Shown: positions 48,706 to 57,973 of the stretch, in pieces
Numbering within the stretch: the stretch's first letter is position 1
Layout of the letters: every line of letters begins with the position of its first letter
DNA from: Acidobacteriota bacterium
GTDB lineage: Bacteria; Acidobacteriota; UBA6911; RPQK01; JAJDTT01
Reading direction: 5' to 3'
Assembly (NCBI GenBank): GCA_965209055.1
Contig: OZ242374.1
Coordinates: 128,001 to 192,000 of the forward strand
DNA length: 64,000 nt
Notes under the pieces: generated by a model
What the model was told of the DNA's origin: nothing
What the model saw: only the letters and a program-made list of their open reading frames with translations
The model's database searches: none
Position numbers and translations under genes: made by a program

Positions 48706-50310
48706 TTGGATCCGGAAGCTCGCCGGCTCCACCAGGGACTGGCCCGAGACCTGGTCCTGGACCTGCAGCATGATCCGGTAGGTGCCGGGAACCAGGTCCT
48801 TGAGCTCCATCTCCTGAATCAACACCACGCGGTCGTCCAGTTGGATCATCCGGGGCTCTTCCACCAGGATCTGGTCCCTTCCGCGGAAGACCAGGAGCTT
48901 GGCCTGAACCAGCGGCGCCAGCATGGCCTGGTCCACCTGGAGCTCGTAGATTTCGGTGTAGACGTGCAACTTCGATCCGGTCCGGAACTCGCGGGTGATG
49001 TTGGGAAAGACCTTCAGCCCGCTGGGCGTGTTGAACGGGTCCGACAGCGTCTCTTCCCGTGCGGATGAAGCCAACCCGTCCGCCAGGATGAGGCTGCTGG
49101 TGGCCAGGTTCCCGGCCTTCGACTCGCTGACGTGAATGGAGGTCGCGGCCTGGGACACCCGCTGGCTGCGCGTGTCCTTGGCCACCAGGTTGAACTTGAA
49201 GCGTCCCGGCCGGAGCGGAATCTGCTTCTGGTAGAGGAAATGGGTCTCGGTGCTCAGGATCTCGTCGACTCCCTTGTCTCCAGCCAGAGTGTCCTCGAAC
49301 TCGTAGACCACCTTCCCTGACAGGTCCTCGACCTTGCCGTAGATTTCGACCGTCGCCCGTTGGTTCGATTCGCCGAACTGCGCGTACGACAGCTCGGTCG
49401 CGGGAATCTGGACGGTCAGAGGAATCAGGAAGGCGTTCTGACCCACGCGGTAGACGGCGGAGACGACCTTCAGAGGGATCGGATTGTAAAGAATCCGGGT
49501 CTCCACTTCGGTGGCCAGCTTTTCGAACTTGAACTCGGGAGGCCTGCGAAGGTCGAAATATTGCCGCAGGCGGTCGAAGGGCTTGGCGCCCCTCATGTAC
49601 ATGGGCTCGGTTTCCAGACCCAGGCGCCGCATGGCCAGGTCGGAGACCATGCTTCCGTCGCGGGTCGCCAGGCCCATCTGTTCCCAGCGGGTCGGCCCTC
49701 CGCCGCTCACCCAGAGCGCGTCCTTCTCGGAGGGCCTCAGCGCCAGCTTGTATTCCCCCGTCCTGCTGGCGTCCACGAACTCGATCTCGATCCCCGATCC
49801 GATGCCGGGAATGTAGTTGTAGAACCAGCGCTGGAAGGCATAGGTGCTGGTCCAGCCGCCACCCTCTTCGGGCCGGCGCCGATACATGCCCCCCATATGG
49901 TCATCGATGGTGTTGGGGGGGCCGTAGGTGATGTAGATGCGGCCCCGGTCCGTGTACCAGCCCTCCACGCCGGAAGCGTAACGTTCGTTGGCGTAGGCGA
50001 CGCGGCGGTAGTGTTCTTCCTTGAATTCGTTGTAGGTGGTCCTGGGGTCCGGGTCCCTCCGCCTCCAGAACTGCTCGATGAAGGCGTCGCGCTCGTCGTC
50101 GGCAGTCAGGCTCTGGAAGATCTCCCGTTCCTCTTGGGTGATGATGTAGACCACGTCCTCCCGGAGCCACTTCCGGTAGTAGTCCTCCTGCTCCTCCCGG
50201 AGCATCTTCTCGCGGCGCTCTTCGTCGCTTTGGGATTGCCCGGCGGCGTCCGTCGAAGCGGACGCCAGCAGGATCAAGCCGGCGGCCACCGAGTTTCGAA
50301 GGGTGAGCAT
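48667..50310 (-). CDS. GWxTD domain protein
   Basis: WLREDVVYII, FIEQFW.RRDP, EEHYRRVAYAN and GWYTDRGRIYITYGPP. Confidence 0.92.
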   Translation of the reverse strand: MLTLRNSVAAGLILLASASTDAAGQSQSDEERREKMLREEQEDYYRKWLREDVVYIITQEEREIFQSLTADDERDAFIEQFWRRRDPDPRTTYNEFKEEHYRRVAYANERYASGVEGWYTDRGRIYITYGPPNTIDDHMGGMYRRRPEEGGGWTSTYAFQRWFYNYIPGIGSGIEIEFVDASRTGEYKLALRPSEKDALWVSGGGPTRWEQMGLATRDGSMVSDLAMRRLGLETEPMYMRGAKPFDRLRQYFDLRRPPEFKFEKLATEVETRILYNPIPLKVVSAVYRVGQNAFLIPLTVQIPATELSYAQFGESNQRATVEIYGKVEDLSGKVVYEFEDTLAGDKGVDEILSTETHFLYQKQIPLRPGRFKFNLVAKDTRSQRVSQAATSIHVSESKAGNLATSSLILADGLASSAREETLSDPFNTPSGLKVFPNITREFRTGSKLHVYTEIYELQVDQAMLAPLVQAKLLVFRGRDQILVEEPRMIQLDDRVVLIQEMELKDLVPGTYRIMLQVQDQVSGQSLVEPASFRIQGAASFLSPNRGG

Positions 50311-50344
50311 CCTTATGAAGACAATATAGCAGCCTGTGGAATGA

Positions 50345-51961
50345 TCATTGCGGGGGATCCGCCATGAGCCATTCCGAAAAGAACTGGAAGGAAAAGATCT
50401 TGCTGCGCTGCATGTGGAACCTGAGCTGGAGGACGCGCCCCTTCAGAGCCGTCAGGTCGAATTTTTTCTTCCAGCTCACGGTGTGCGCGATCGAGTCTCC
50501 CCGAAACGATTGGCAATCCTCTCGCGAATAGCCGGGCAGGGGCTCACCGGTCTCGGGGTCCAGGATCTCCACCTGGATGGCGCCCTCGTCTCCCGCCGTC
50601 GACCCGTTCAGTCTCAGCCGGTTCCCGGAGAATCTCAGCGGCTTGGTGGTGAAGCTGCCCCGTCCCGCCGCCAGCGAGAGGAAGCCGTCGAGGCGCAGGA
50701 CGGCCAGGTTCTGCGAACTCTCCTGGTTCTCACCCCGGCGCACCCCCCAATGGCCCTTCTTGAACCCGGTGTAGTAGAGCCAGATCTCGCCCCGGTCCTC
50801 CCGGACCAGGGGAGGCTGGGCCACGAAGATCATCCCCGAGTCGTAGCTGCCTTCCGGTCCGTTGGGAATGAAGGGCCGCCGCTGTCCCACCCGCTGCCAG
50901 TTCGTACCGTCGCGGCTGTAGGCCAACTGGATGTCGATGCGGTCCAACCAGGGGTTTCGCGCCAGATCCCGGCTGGGAGGCGTCATGGGCTCCATCCCCG
51001 GACAGATGTGATAGGGGGTCAGGAACCCGATGTAGATCCCTTCGTAGAGCAGGGTCTCGAAGGTGTAGAAACCGCCGGTGCAGGGGGCGTCCTTCTCGTC
51101 CGGGGGGACCAGGATGTATTTCCGGTTCACCTCCACCGGGTCCTTCATCTCCGCGGGGGCGTCCCAGGTCAGGAAATCGGGACTGGTGGCGATCCCCGGA
51201 GTCCTCACCCGGCCCTCGCGCCTTGTGCCCCGAAACAACGGATGGTCCTTGAAGATAGGCGGCCAGAGACGGATATGGGCCACGTAGAGGTTGCGCCGGG
51301 GGTCCCAGAAGAAGACCTGGTGGGTGTCGTTGTTCAGGAAGACCGGATTGACGCCGTCGTAGAGTTCCCATTGGATGCCGTCGGGCGAATGGGCCGCCCA
51401 GACTCCGTTCACCTTCGGGTCCTTGCTGTTGTGGCGGTAGAGCATCTTGTAGCGCTTGCGGGGATCCGACTCGTGCGGGTCGCGAGCCACGCCGGGGGCG
51501 CGGGCTCCAACGTCCTTCCCGAAGACGAAATTGTGCTTGCGGGAGGCTTCTCCCGGGCACCACTTGGAGTGGTAGTCGAACTGGCCCACCATTGGCTTGT
51601 CCCAGTTGAGGCCGTCGCGGGACTCGTAGTAGCCGACGAAATTGTCCGACCAGTCGTAGTTCACCACCTGGTGCCACATCTGGTAGACGTTCCGGTCCGG
51701 ATCGAAGGCCAGGTTGGGGGAATTGCCGAAGTGCATGTCCGCCTCCCAGCACCGGTCCATCCGGATTACCGGGTTCCCGGCATATTTGAGCGGCTGGTTC
51801 ATGATCCGGTAGACGCCCTGCATGGATTCGATCACGTGGTCGTCAAAGAAGAGCTGCTTCCGGGATCCCACGTCGACTGGATTGGCCCGGATCCCGGCTC
51901 CCAACACACCCAGAAGCAAAAAATAGCATTGAAGCCGACGGAATCCCCTGCGGACGAACAT
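50345..51961 (-). CDS. Secreted glycoside-hydrolase-like beta-propeller protein (paralogue of 24226-25884)
   Basis: QLFFDD, KYAGNPV, NNDTHQV, DAPCTGGFYT and LRLDGF. Confidence 0.72.
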   Translation of the reverse strand: MFVRRGFRRLQCYFLLLGVLGAGIRANPVDVGSRKQLFFDDHVIESMQGVYRIMNQPLKYAGNPVIRMDRCWEADMHFGNSPNLAFDPDRNVYQMWHQVVNYDWSDNFVGYYESRDGLNWDKPMVGQFDYHSKWCPGEASRKHNFVFGKDVGARAPGVARDPHESDPRKRYKMLYRHNSKDPKVNGVWAAHSPDGIQWELYDGVNPVFLNNDTHQVFFWDPRRNLYVAHIRLWPPIFKDHPLFRGTRREGRVRTPGIATSPDFLTWDAPAEMKDPVEVNRKYILVPPDEKDAPCTGGFYTFETLLYEGIYIGFLTPYHICPGMEPMTPPSRDLARNPWLDRIDIQLAYSRDGTNWQRVGQRRPFIPNGPEGSYDSGMIFVAQPPLVREDRGEIWLYYTGFKKGHWGVRRGENQESSQNLAVLRLDGFLSLAAGRGSFTTKPLRFSGNRLRLNGSTAGDEGAIQVEILDPETGEPLPGYSREDCQSFRGDSIAHTVSWKKKFDLTALKGRVLQLRFHMQRSKIFSFQFFSEWLMADPPQ

Positions 51962-52134
51962 GATTGATTTCTCCGTTGGACCGGCTCGATGTGTTCGGGG
52001 CCTGGATGCCACCCCGCGACTTGCTAAAACTCTACAGGGTCGCCGCCGCATTGTCATTTGATCGGACGGGAAAGACCGGTAGACTGGTTGATAACACCGG
52101 CCGTTGGTATGAGACTTCCGCGAGAGGTTCAGTG

Positions 52135-52935
52135 ATGCATGAAGATCCGATGGACGTGCTCCGCCGTGACGGTTATGTGATTCTGCGATCGGTCATTCCG
52201 GTCGACAAGGTGGGTGCGGTTCGAAGAAGTGTCGCCGCGACGGTTCGCGAGCACACGAGCCTGCCCCTGCCCCAGGGATACGTCACCGGTTTCCTCCGCT
52301 TGAATCAGGCCATCGCCCCCTACCTGACCCATCCCCGGATCATGGCCGTCGTCGACGAGCTCTTCGGCGACAACGCCCGCATCTCCATGCTCACCGGAAC
52401 CATCAACGGTCCCGGACTTCAGCGGGGGACAGTCCACGCCGACTGGCCCTACAACCAGGACCAGTTCTCCTGCGTCCGTGCCCCCTATCCCGACGTGATC
52501 TTGAATCTGGTGACCATGTGGATGATGTCCCGGTTCACCCGGGCCAACGGCGGAACCATGGTGATCCCCGGCAGCCACTTGCGGAACCGGGCTCCCCGAA
52601 AAGGGACCGACCTGGATCCCAACTCGGTATTCGAGGGGGAGACCCAGATCGAGGGAAACCCCGGAGACGTGGCCGTCTTCGATGCCCGGACCTGGCACAG
52701 CATCGCGCCCAACGTGACCAACGAGGAGCGGGTCGGGGTCCTGGTTCGATACGCTCCCTGGTGGGTCAACCTGGGGCCGCTGCGCCCCGGCAGCCGCGAC
52801 CGGAAGCAGATCATCGAGGATCGGGGAGGAGGCGACCATACCGATCCCAAGGTCCAGCCCCTGCCGGAATCGGTCTATCAACGCCTCCCCGCCGACGTGC
52901 AGCCCCTCGTCTACCACATGGTGGTTCCGGACTAG
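52135..52935 (+). CDS. Phytanoyl-CoA dioxygenase (PhyH) family 2OG-Fe(II) oxygenase
   Basis: RDGYVIL, HADW (HxD), NGGTMVIPGSH and GDVAVFDARTWH. Confidence 0.88.
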   Translation: MHEDPMDVLRRDGYVILRSVIPVDKVGAVRRSVAATVREHTSLPLPQGYVTGFLRLNQAIAPYLTHPRIMAVVDELFGDNARISMLTGTINGPGLQRGTVHADWPYNQDQFSCVRAPYPDVILNLVTMWMMSRFTRANGGTMVIPGSHLRNRAPRKGTDLDPNSVFEGETQIEGNPGDVAVFDARTWHSIAPNVTNEERVGVLVRYAPWWVNLGPLRPGSRDRKQIIEDRGGGDHTDPKVQPLPESVYQRLPADVQPLVYHMVVPD

Positions 52936-52995
52936 TCCCCCAATGCGAGCGGAGAGACCCGCCGCCGCGCAGAGCGAACGTCCGCACGACAGGCA

Positions 52996-53730
52996 ATGGA
53001 ACAATACGACTCCATCGCTGAAGCCTACCGGGATTCCAAGCAACTCCCGTTTCGGCACCTGATCGAGCGGTTCACACTGTTCGAGCTCCTGGGAGACGTT
53101 CGAGGAAACAGGGTCCTGGACCTGGCCTGCGGGGACGGCTTCTACACGCGGCTGCTGAAACGGGCCGGCGCGTCCGAGGTCACGGGCGTCGACGTCTCCA
53201 GGGAGATGATTCGATTGGCGGAACGGGAAGAAAGGAGCAATCCTCTCGGTTGCACTTATCTGCAGCGGGACGCCGCGGCCTTCGCACCGGCGGAGCCGGT
53301 CGACCTGGTCGTCGCCACGTACCTCCTGAACTACGCTAGCACTCGGGAGCGGCTCCTCCGCTTCTGCCAGGGCTGCCACGACGCGCTGCGGCCGGGAGGA
53401 CGTTTCGCCGGCGTGAACGACAACGTCCGGAATCCGCCCGTGGAGTCCGTTTCCCTGCAAAAATACGGCCTGGAGAAATCCTGCCCGCCCCGGCCGAAGG
53501 AAGGGGACGTCATTCTGTACGCCATCACCAACGAGGACGGGCAGCGATTCGAGTTCGAAAACTACTACCTCGAACCGCGCAGCTACGAGCGCGCCTTCCG
53601 CGCCGCCGGTTTCCGGGACTTCCGATGGGTGGAGCTGTCGCTGCACCCGTCCCAGCAAGACAATCCCTTCTGGGACGATTTCATGGCCTCCCCGCCCATC
53701 ACCGCCTTCGCGGCGTCAAGACCGGTGTGA
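52996..53730 (+). CDS. Class I SAM-dependent methyltransferase
   Basis: VLDLACGDG, GVDVSREMI, YLLNYA and LRPGGRF. Confidence 0.9.
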   Translation: MEQYDSIAEAYRDSKQLPFRHLIERFTLFELLGDVRGNRVLDLACGDGFYTRLLKRAGASEVTGVDVSREMIRLAEREERSNPLGCTYLQRDAAAFAPAEPVDLVVATYLLNYASTRERLLRFCQGCHDALRPGGRFAGVNDNVRNPPVESVSLQKYGLEKSCPPRPKEGDVILYAITNEDGQRFEFENYYLEPRSYERAFRAAGFRDFRWVELSLHPSQQDNPFWDDFMASPPITAFAASRPV

Positions 53731-53749
53731 AACCCTCCCCGCCGCGCCG

Positions 53750-55366
53750 TCAGGTCCCGACATAGAGGGCGTAGACGCGGATTCCAGCCACCTTCTCTCC
53801 CTCGAAGCTCACCTTGATCTTGAAGGGTTTCTTCATTCCCGGGATCCCGTTCCCTTCCGGCCATGAGACCGGGACCCGCAACCCCGATTCCGTCAACAAG
53901 GCGGCCCCCTCGCCCGAATAACCGGCCATCGGCCGCTCCAACGCGTCATAGAGTTCCAGCCGAAGCGTGGCGTCTTCGGAAACTCCCTCGGCATTGACCC
54001 ACAGCGTCGCTTCGCCGCGGGCCTCGACGGCGGCCGTCATGAAGGCCGCCGGAATCGAGTCGTCCCGCACCGAGAAGGAGCCCAGGCGGTCCCGCTCCAG
54101 CGTAGCCAGACCCACGCCGCCCCGGGGCTCCAGCGACCCCGGGTCCCAGGCGCCGTACCAGATATAGGTCTCCTCTCCCACGTTCTCGAACCCCTGGCCC
54201 TGGATCAGGCCGCCCTGGTCCCATTCGTGGTCCTCCCCACGCCGGATGAAGATGAAATCGGTGAGAGGCTCCCGGAAATGGACGCCGTCGTTGCTGACGA
54301 CGAAACCCAGGTCCACGGTCCTGCCACGCCAATCGGGCGAGCCGTGCCAGACTCCGTAGAGCCCCAGCAGCACATTGCCCCGGTTCCAGACGCTGATCCC
54401 TTCGTGTGACTCTTCCCCGGAGCCGCTGGGGACTTTCTTGTGCTGTCCCTCCCGGGAAAAGGAGAGGGTCCCGGTGTGTTCCCACCGGACGAAATCGGGT
54501 GAGCGGTAGGTGCCCACCGACCGGCCCCAGGAGTCGACCGCATAGACCGGCCGGGCTCCCTGGCCCGATGCGTGAAACAGTCCGCCCCACTTGTAGAGTC
54601 CCCCGGCGGCCTCGAAGTGGTCGGTGGGGATGATCGTGTTTCCCTTGGGCAGGAGTCCGTTCTCGGGTGTCCCGGGAATGGCCAAACGCCAGCGCAGGCC
54701 GTCGCCGCTCACCGCGGGGGCCAGGGTCGCCAGCCCCTTCTTCCCGTCCTCGTGCCACCAGGTGTGCAGCGACATCTTGAACTGCCGGGAGGGATCGGGG
54801 TCTTCGGGGTCGTGGATCACCTTCAGGTTGATGACTCCCAGAGGCGCCGGCTCCATCAGCACCAGGTTGTTGTCCCGGCTGCCGTCGTACTCCTCCAGTC
54901 CCAGCGCGGGACGCGTCCAGTGAATTCCATCGGTGCTCTCGGCGTAGGCGGCGCGCCACTTCAACGGGATGATGTCCACCCGGGGAGTCCACATCATGTC
55001 CTCCTCCACGACTGTGAAGGGATCGCGGCCGATGGCCACGTACCAGAGCTTGAACTTCCCCTCGTGGCGAACCACGGAGCCGTAGAACTGGACCCCGAAC
55101 TCGTCCGGCGCCCCTTCCGGCCCCCGGGGCAGGACCGGATTGCCGGGATGCTTGCGCGGCGGATGCAGTTCCAACCCGACGTTCTGGGTGAAGGGAATCG
55201 AATGGTTGTCGAAGGGGAAGAGCGAAGCCTCCGCAACCGTCGGCCGGGTTCCCACCAGCACCGTCACCCCGTCCGGGCGATCGCCGGTGGGCGCTCCCGG
55301 CTGGCATGCGGCGCCCAGCACTAACCCGAGCAGCGGAATCATCCTCACTGAAAATGCCAGCTTCAT
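53750..55366 (-). CDS. Lipoprotein, glycoside-hydrolase-like beta-propeller family
   Basis: Lipobox GAAC; KHPGNPVL, AESTDGIHW.RP.LG, SNDGVHF and the related C-terminal module. Confidence 0.68.
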   Translation of the reverse strand: MKLAFSVRMIPLLGLVLGAACQPGAPTGDRPDGVTVLVGTRPTVAEASLFPFDNHSIPFTQNVGLELHPPRKHPGNPVLPRGPEGAPDEFGVQFYGSVVRHEGKFKLWYVAIGRDPFTVVEEDMMWTPRVDIIPLKWRAAYAESTDGIHWTRPALGLEEYDGSRDNNLVLMEPAPLGVINLKVIHDPEDPDPSRQFKMSLHTWWHEDGKKGLATLAPAVSGDGLRWRLAIPGTPENGLLPKGNTIIPTDHFEAAGGLYKWGGLFHASGQGARPVYAVDSWGRSVGTYRSPDFVRWEHTGTLSFSREGQHKKVPSGSGEESHEGISVWNRGNVLLGLYGVWHGSPDWRGRTVDLGFVVSNDGVHFREPLTDFIFIRRGEDHEWDQGGLIQGQGFENVGEETYIWYGAWDPGSLEPRGGVGLATLERDRLGSFSVRDDSIPAAFMTAAVEARGEATLWVNAEGVSEDATLRLELYDALERPMAGYSGEGAALLTESGLRVPVSWPEGNGIPGMKKPFKIKVSFEGEKVAGIRVYALYVGT

Positions 55367-55391
55367 TTGTCCGATCTCTCTTCCTTGGCCA

Positions 55392-55469
55392 GGAGGGGGG
55401 ACATTCCTGTCCCCCTGTCTTCTCTTTTGCGGTCAGGAAGCGTACAGGGGGGACTGCCGTCCCCTCTAC
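55392..55469. repeat. REP-like palindromes at the left junction of the integrative element
   Basis: GGAG-GGGGGACAttccTGTCCCCC (55392-55415) and GTAC-AGGGGGGACtgccGTCCCCT-CTAC (55442-55469). Confidence 0.7.
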
Positions 55470-56258
55470 GGGAAGAATCTGTTAAGTATCTGATATTAAA
55501 GGAGTTATGATCTATCCTCCCGAGCAGGTTACATCATTGCATCCCACCTTCTAAACGGGATTCCATTCGACCCTATTGGAGGTCCGTGGACTCCAGGGAC
55601 GAGTTTCGCGCCTCGACTCCCAGGTTTCAAGCGCCTGCGCGCTCCAGGAATTGGGGGCCTACATTCGGAGCCGACTGGGTCCGTATGGCCAGGACTTCCG
55701 GAAACGGGCGAACGTCCCACTCCCGGTTGGAAGCCCGTCGAGACCGCGCGAGGGTCCCATTCTCATGGGACGCGCGACGAACAGAAGCGCCAGGTTCACT
55801 GGCGGCAAGGTGAGCCGCCAGGGGTTCTGGCGCCACTGGGGGGTCTGGGGTGATAGGGCCTCCCGGTCCGTCCTCCGTTCCGGGTTGCCGGAGAAACCGC
55901 GCCCTGCGCTTCGTCCGCCGCCTGCTCCGGTGCCGCCACGGCGTGGAGGCGGCTCTCGACGGCCGGGCCACCACCCGCACCGGCCGCCTCGTCGGCCAGG
56001 CCCTGTACCGGGGGCTGGGCCTGGAGCGGACCCCGACGCGGACCTCCACCTGCCGTTCCGAGTTCAGACCTTCCGGGGTTCGGTCCCGATCCTCGTCCAA
56101 GAGGACGCCGAAGATCCACCTGCACCTGCGGACCCCAGTGGCACGCGTCGCCTGTGGTCATCCCTGGATCCTGCGGAAGGGATGTGAACGGAGGCCTGGC
56201 AGAGCCCTAACAGGTCTTCCGGATTCTTCTCCGGGGCCTTCCCGCAGGGATCAATGAA

Positions 56259-56355
56259 GAAGTGAGCGACCCCCCCAGGGGGTATTGCGCAGATGTAAAT
56301 TGCGCAATACCCCCGCGCCCGCACCGGGCGGGAAAAAGGGGGGGTCGCTCACTTC
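56259..56355. other. Perfect nested inverted repeats (three-way junction)
   Basis: An 18-bp outer stem (56259-56276/56338-56355) encloses a 14-bp stem (56278-56291/56301-56314) and a 6-bp stem (56316-56321/56325-56330). Confidence 0.85.
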
Positions 56356-56601
56356 CACCTCCGCTTTCCCCGTGCGGGCGCGGCGAAGCCGGGAATGTGG
56401 CCGTAACTGATTGAGCGACAAAGAGATCGGGGAAATTGGAGGTGTGAGTCAAAAGGCGTCCGGGATGGAACTCGGGTCCAATGTCTCACTCACACTCCCG
56501 GATCGACACCGTACCCCACTTTTCAGCGGTCAAATTCGAGCTCCCGGACGCCGGCTCGAACGCCCGATCCCGAAGCCTGCCGGGGGGGCCACCACGGTGG
56601 C

Positions 56602-57801
56602 TCAACGGAGCCGGACGGACGCCCGAGGCCGGCTCCCGCCGGCCAGATAGCTCGCCCATTCCTCCATGAGCACGCGCCGCCGCTCGAACAGGTCCGTGCG
56701 CCGGTACGCCGCCTCGACCACCTCGCGCGGATGGTCCGTCTCCTCCGCCGCCCAGTCCCGGAACGACGACCGGAACCCGTGCGGCACGGCTGCGATCCCG
56801 TTCCGGCGCAGCAGCTTGCGCAACCGGCCGGAGCCGAGCGGTCTTCCGCCCCTTCGGGCGAAGATCAACCGGGCTGCTCCATGATCCAGCGTGCGTGCCT
56901 TCTCCAGGATTTCGTTCGCCCGGCGGCACAAAGGCACCCGGTGCGCCCGTTTGGTCTTCATGCGCATTCCGGGAACCGTCCACATCCCTTCCGCCGGATC
57001 GATCTCCGACCACTCGGCCCACCGCACCTCGCCCCACCTCGCTGCCGTGAGCACCAGGAACTCGAAGGCCAGCAGGGACACGGGCATCGCGTTGGAGGCC
57101 CGCACCTTCCGGAGGGCCGGCCCCACCTCGCGATGCGGCAAGGCCGGCATGTGCCGCACCACGTCGTCCTGTGCTCCGAGGACCGACACGACCCGGTCGC
57201 AGGGGTTGTCGGTCCGGTATTCCATCGCCACGGCCCACTCCAGGACCGTGCGGAGGCGCTGACGCACGGTTCGGGCCGTGCGCGACTTCACGTGCCAGAT
57301 GGGCACGAGGATCTCCAGGACATCGCCGCTGGTCACCTCCGAGACCGGCATCCGGCCGATGCACGGAAAGGCGTAGCGTCGAAAGCTCGCCATCCAGTCG
57401 TGGGCCTGCCTTTGATTGCGCCAGCCGGACCGCTTCTGCTCCACCACCCGCTCGGCGGCTTCGGCGAAGGTGGGCATGTTCCGGGTGCGGCGTCTCTCGG
57501 TCAGGGGATCCCCACCCTCGCGGGCCAGCTTGCGGTTGGCCCGCGCCTTCTGGCGCGCCTCGGCCAGGGACACCAGCGCCACACCGCCGAGACCGAAGTC
57601 GCGGCGGCGACCGCGGATGACGAGGCGTTGGATCCAGCTTCGAGCTCCGTTAGGCTTGACGTAGAGGTAGAGGCCGTTGCCGTCGCAGTGTTTGCCCGGT
57701 GGGGCGGAGCGCACGAAAGCGGCGGAAAGCGCCTTGTGGGGATGGCGGCCCTTCGGCTTGGTTTTCCGGGCCGAAAGGGGAGAATCAGTTACATCGAACA
57801 T
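56602..57801 (-). CDS. P4-like tyrosine integrase with Arm-DNA-binding domain; internal deletion near the active site
   Basis: DGNGLYLYV, LTAARWGEVR, RMKTKRAHRVPL, HGFRSSFRDW and AAYRRTDLFERRR; the usual LAH segment is missing. Confidence 0.88.
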   Translation of the reverse strand: MFDVTDSPLSARKTKPKGRHPHKALSAAFVRSAPPGKHCDGNGLYLYVKPNGARSWIQRLVIRGRRRDFGLGGVALVSLAEARQKARANRKLAREGGDPLTERRRTRNMPTFAEAAERVVEQKRSGWRNQRQAHDWMASFRRYAFPCIGRMPVSEVTSGDVLEILVPIWHVKSRTARTVRQRLRTVLEWAVAMEYRTDNPCDRVVSVLGAQDDVVRHMPALPHREVGPALRKVRASNAMPVSLLAFEFLVLTAARWGEVRWAEWSEIDPAEGMWTVPGMRMKTKRAHRVPLCRRANEILEKARTLDHGAARLIFARRGGRPLGSGRLRKLLRRNGIAAVPHGFRSSFRDWAAEETDHPREVVEAAYRRTDLFERRRVLMEEWASYLAGGSRPRASVRLR

Positions 57802-57807
57802 TACGCC

Positions 57808-57836
57808 ATAATAAACGGGATGGAGTAGGATATCAA
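57808..57836 (-). promoter_or_regulatory. Sigma70-type promoter of the integrase (probably leaderless mRNA)
   Basis: Minus strand TTGATA-17 bp-TATTAT, ending 6 nt before ATG 57801; no Shine-Dalgarno sequence. Confidence 0.6.
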
Positions 57837-57973
57837 GGGACGTCAGGGGAGGCCGAAACGGGGTAAGTTCGGGTCTAAACTGAAGAAATAAAACCACTTA
57901 AAAGGAATTCCGGGATCTCTGTGGATCTCTCTGGATTCAATGGGAGTGTTGCCGTCCCCCCGACCCCCCCTAA

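Larger units (their letters stand above)
55455..57959 (-). mobile_element. Small tyrosine-integrase integrative element inserted in a REP
   Basis: Direct repeat TGCCGTCCCC at 55455-55464 and 57950-57959; AT-rich ends with an IHF-like site near 55483-55495; TAAACGGGAT repeated at 55552 and 57812; integrase next to the right end. Confidence 0.72.

Noticed and set aside
56060-56190. Possible ISL3 zinc-finger fragment (IHLHLRTPVARVAC)
   Set aside because: Too short, lacks the second Cys and has no supporting IS ends.
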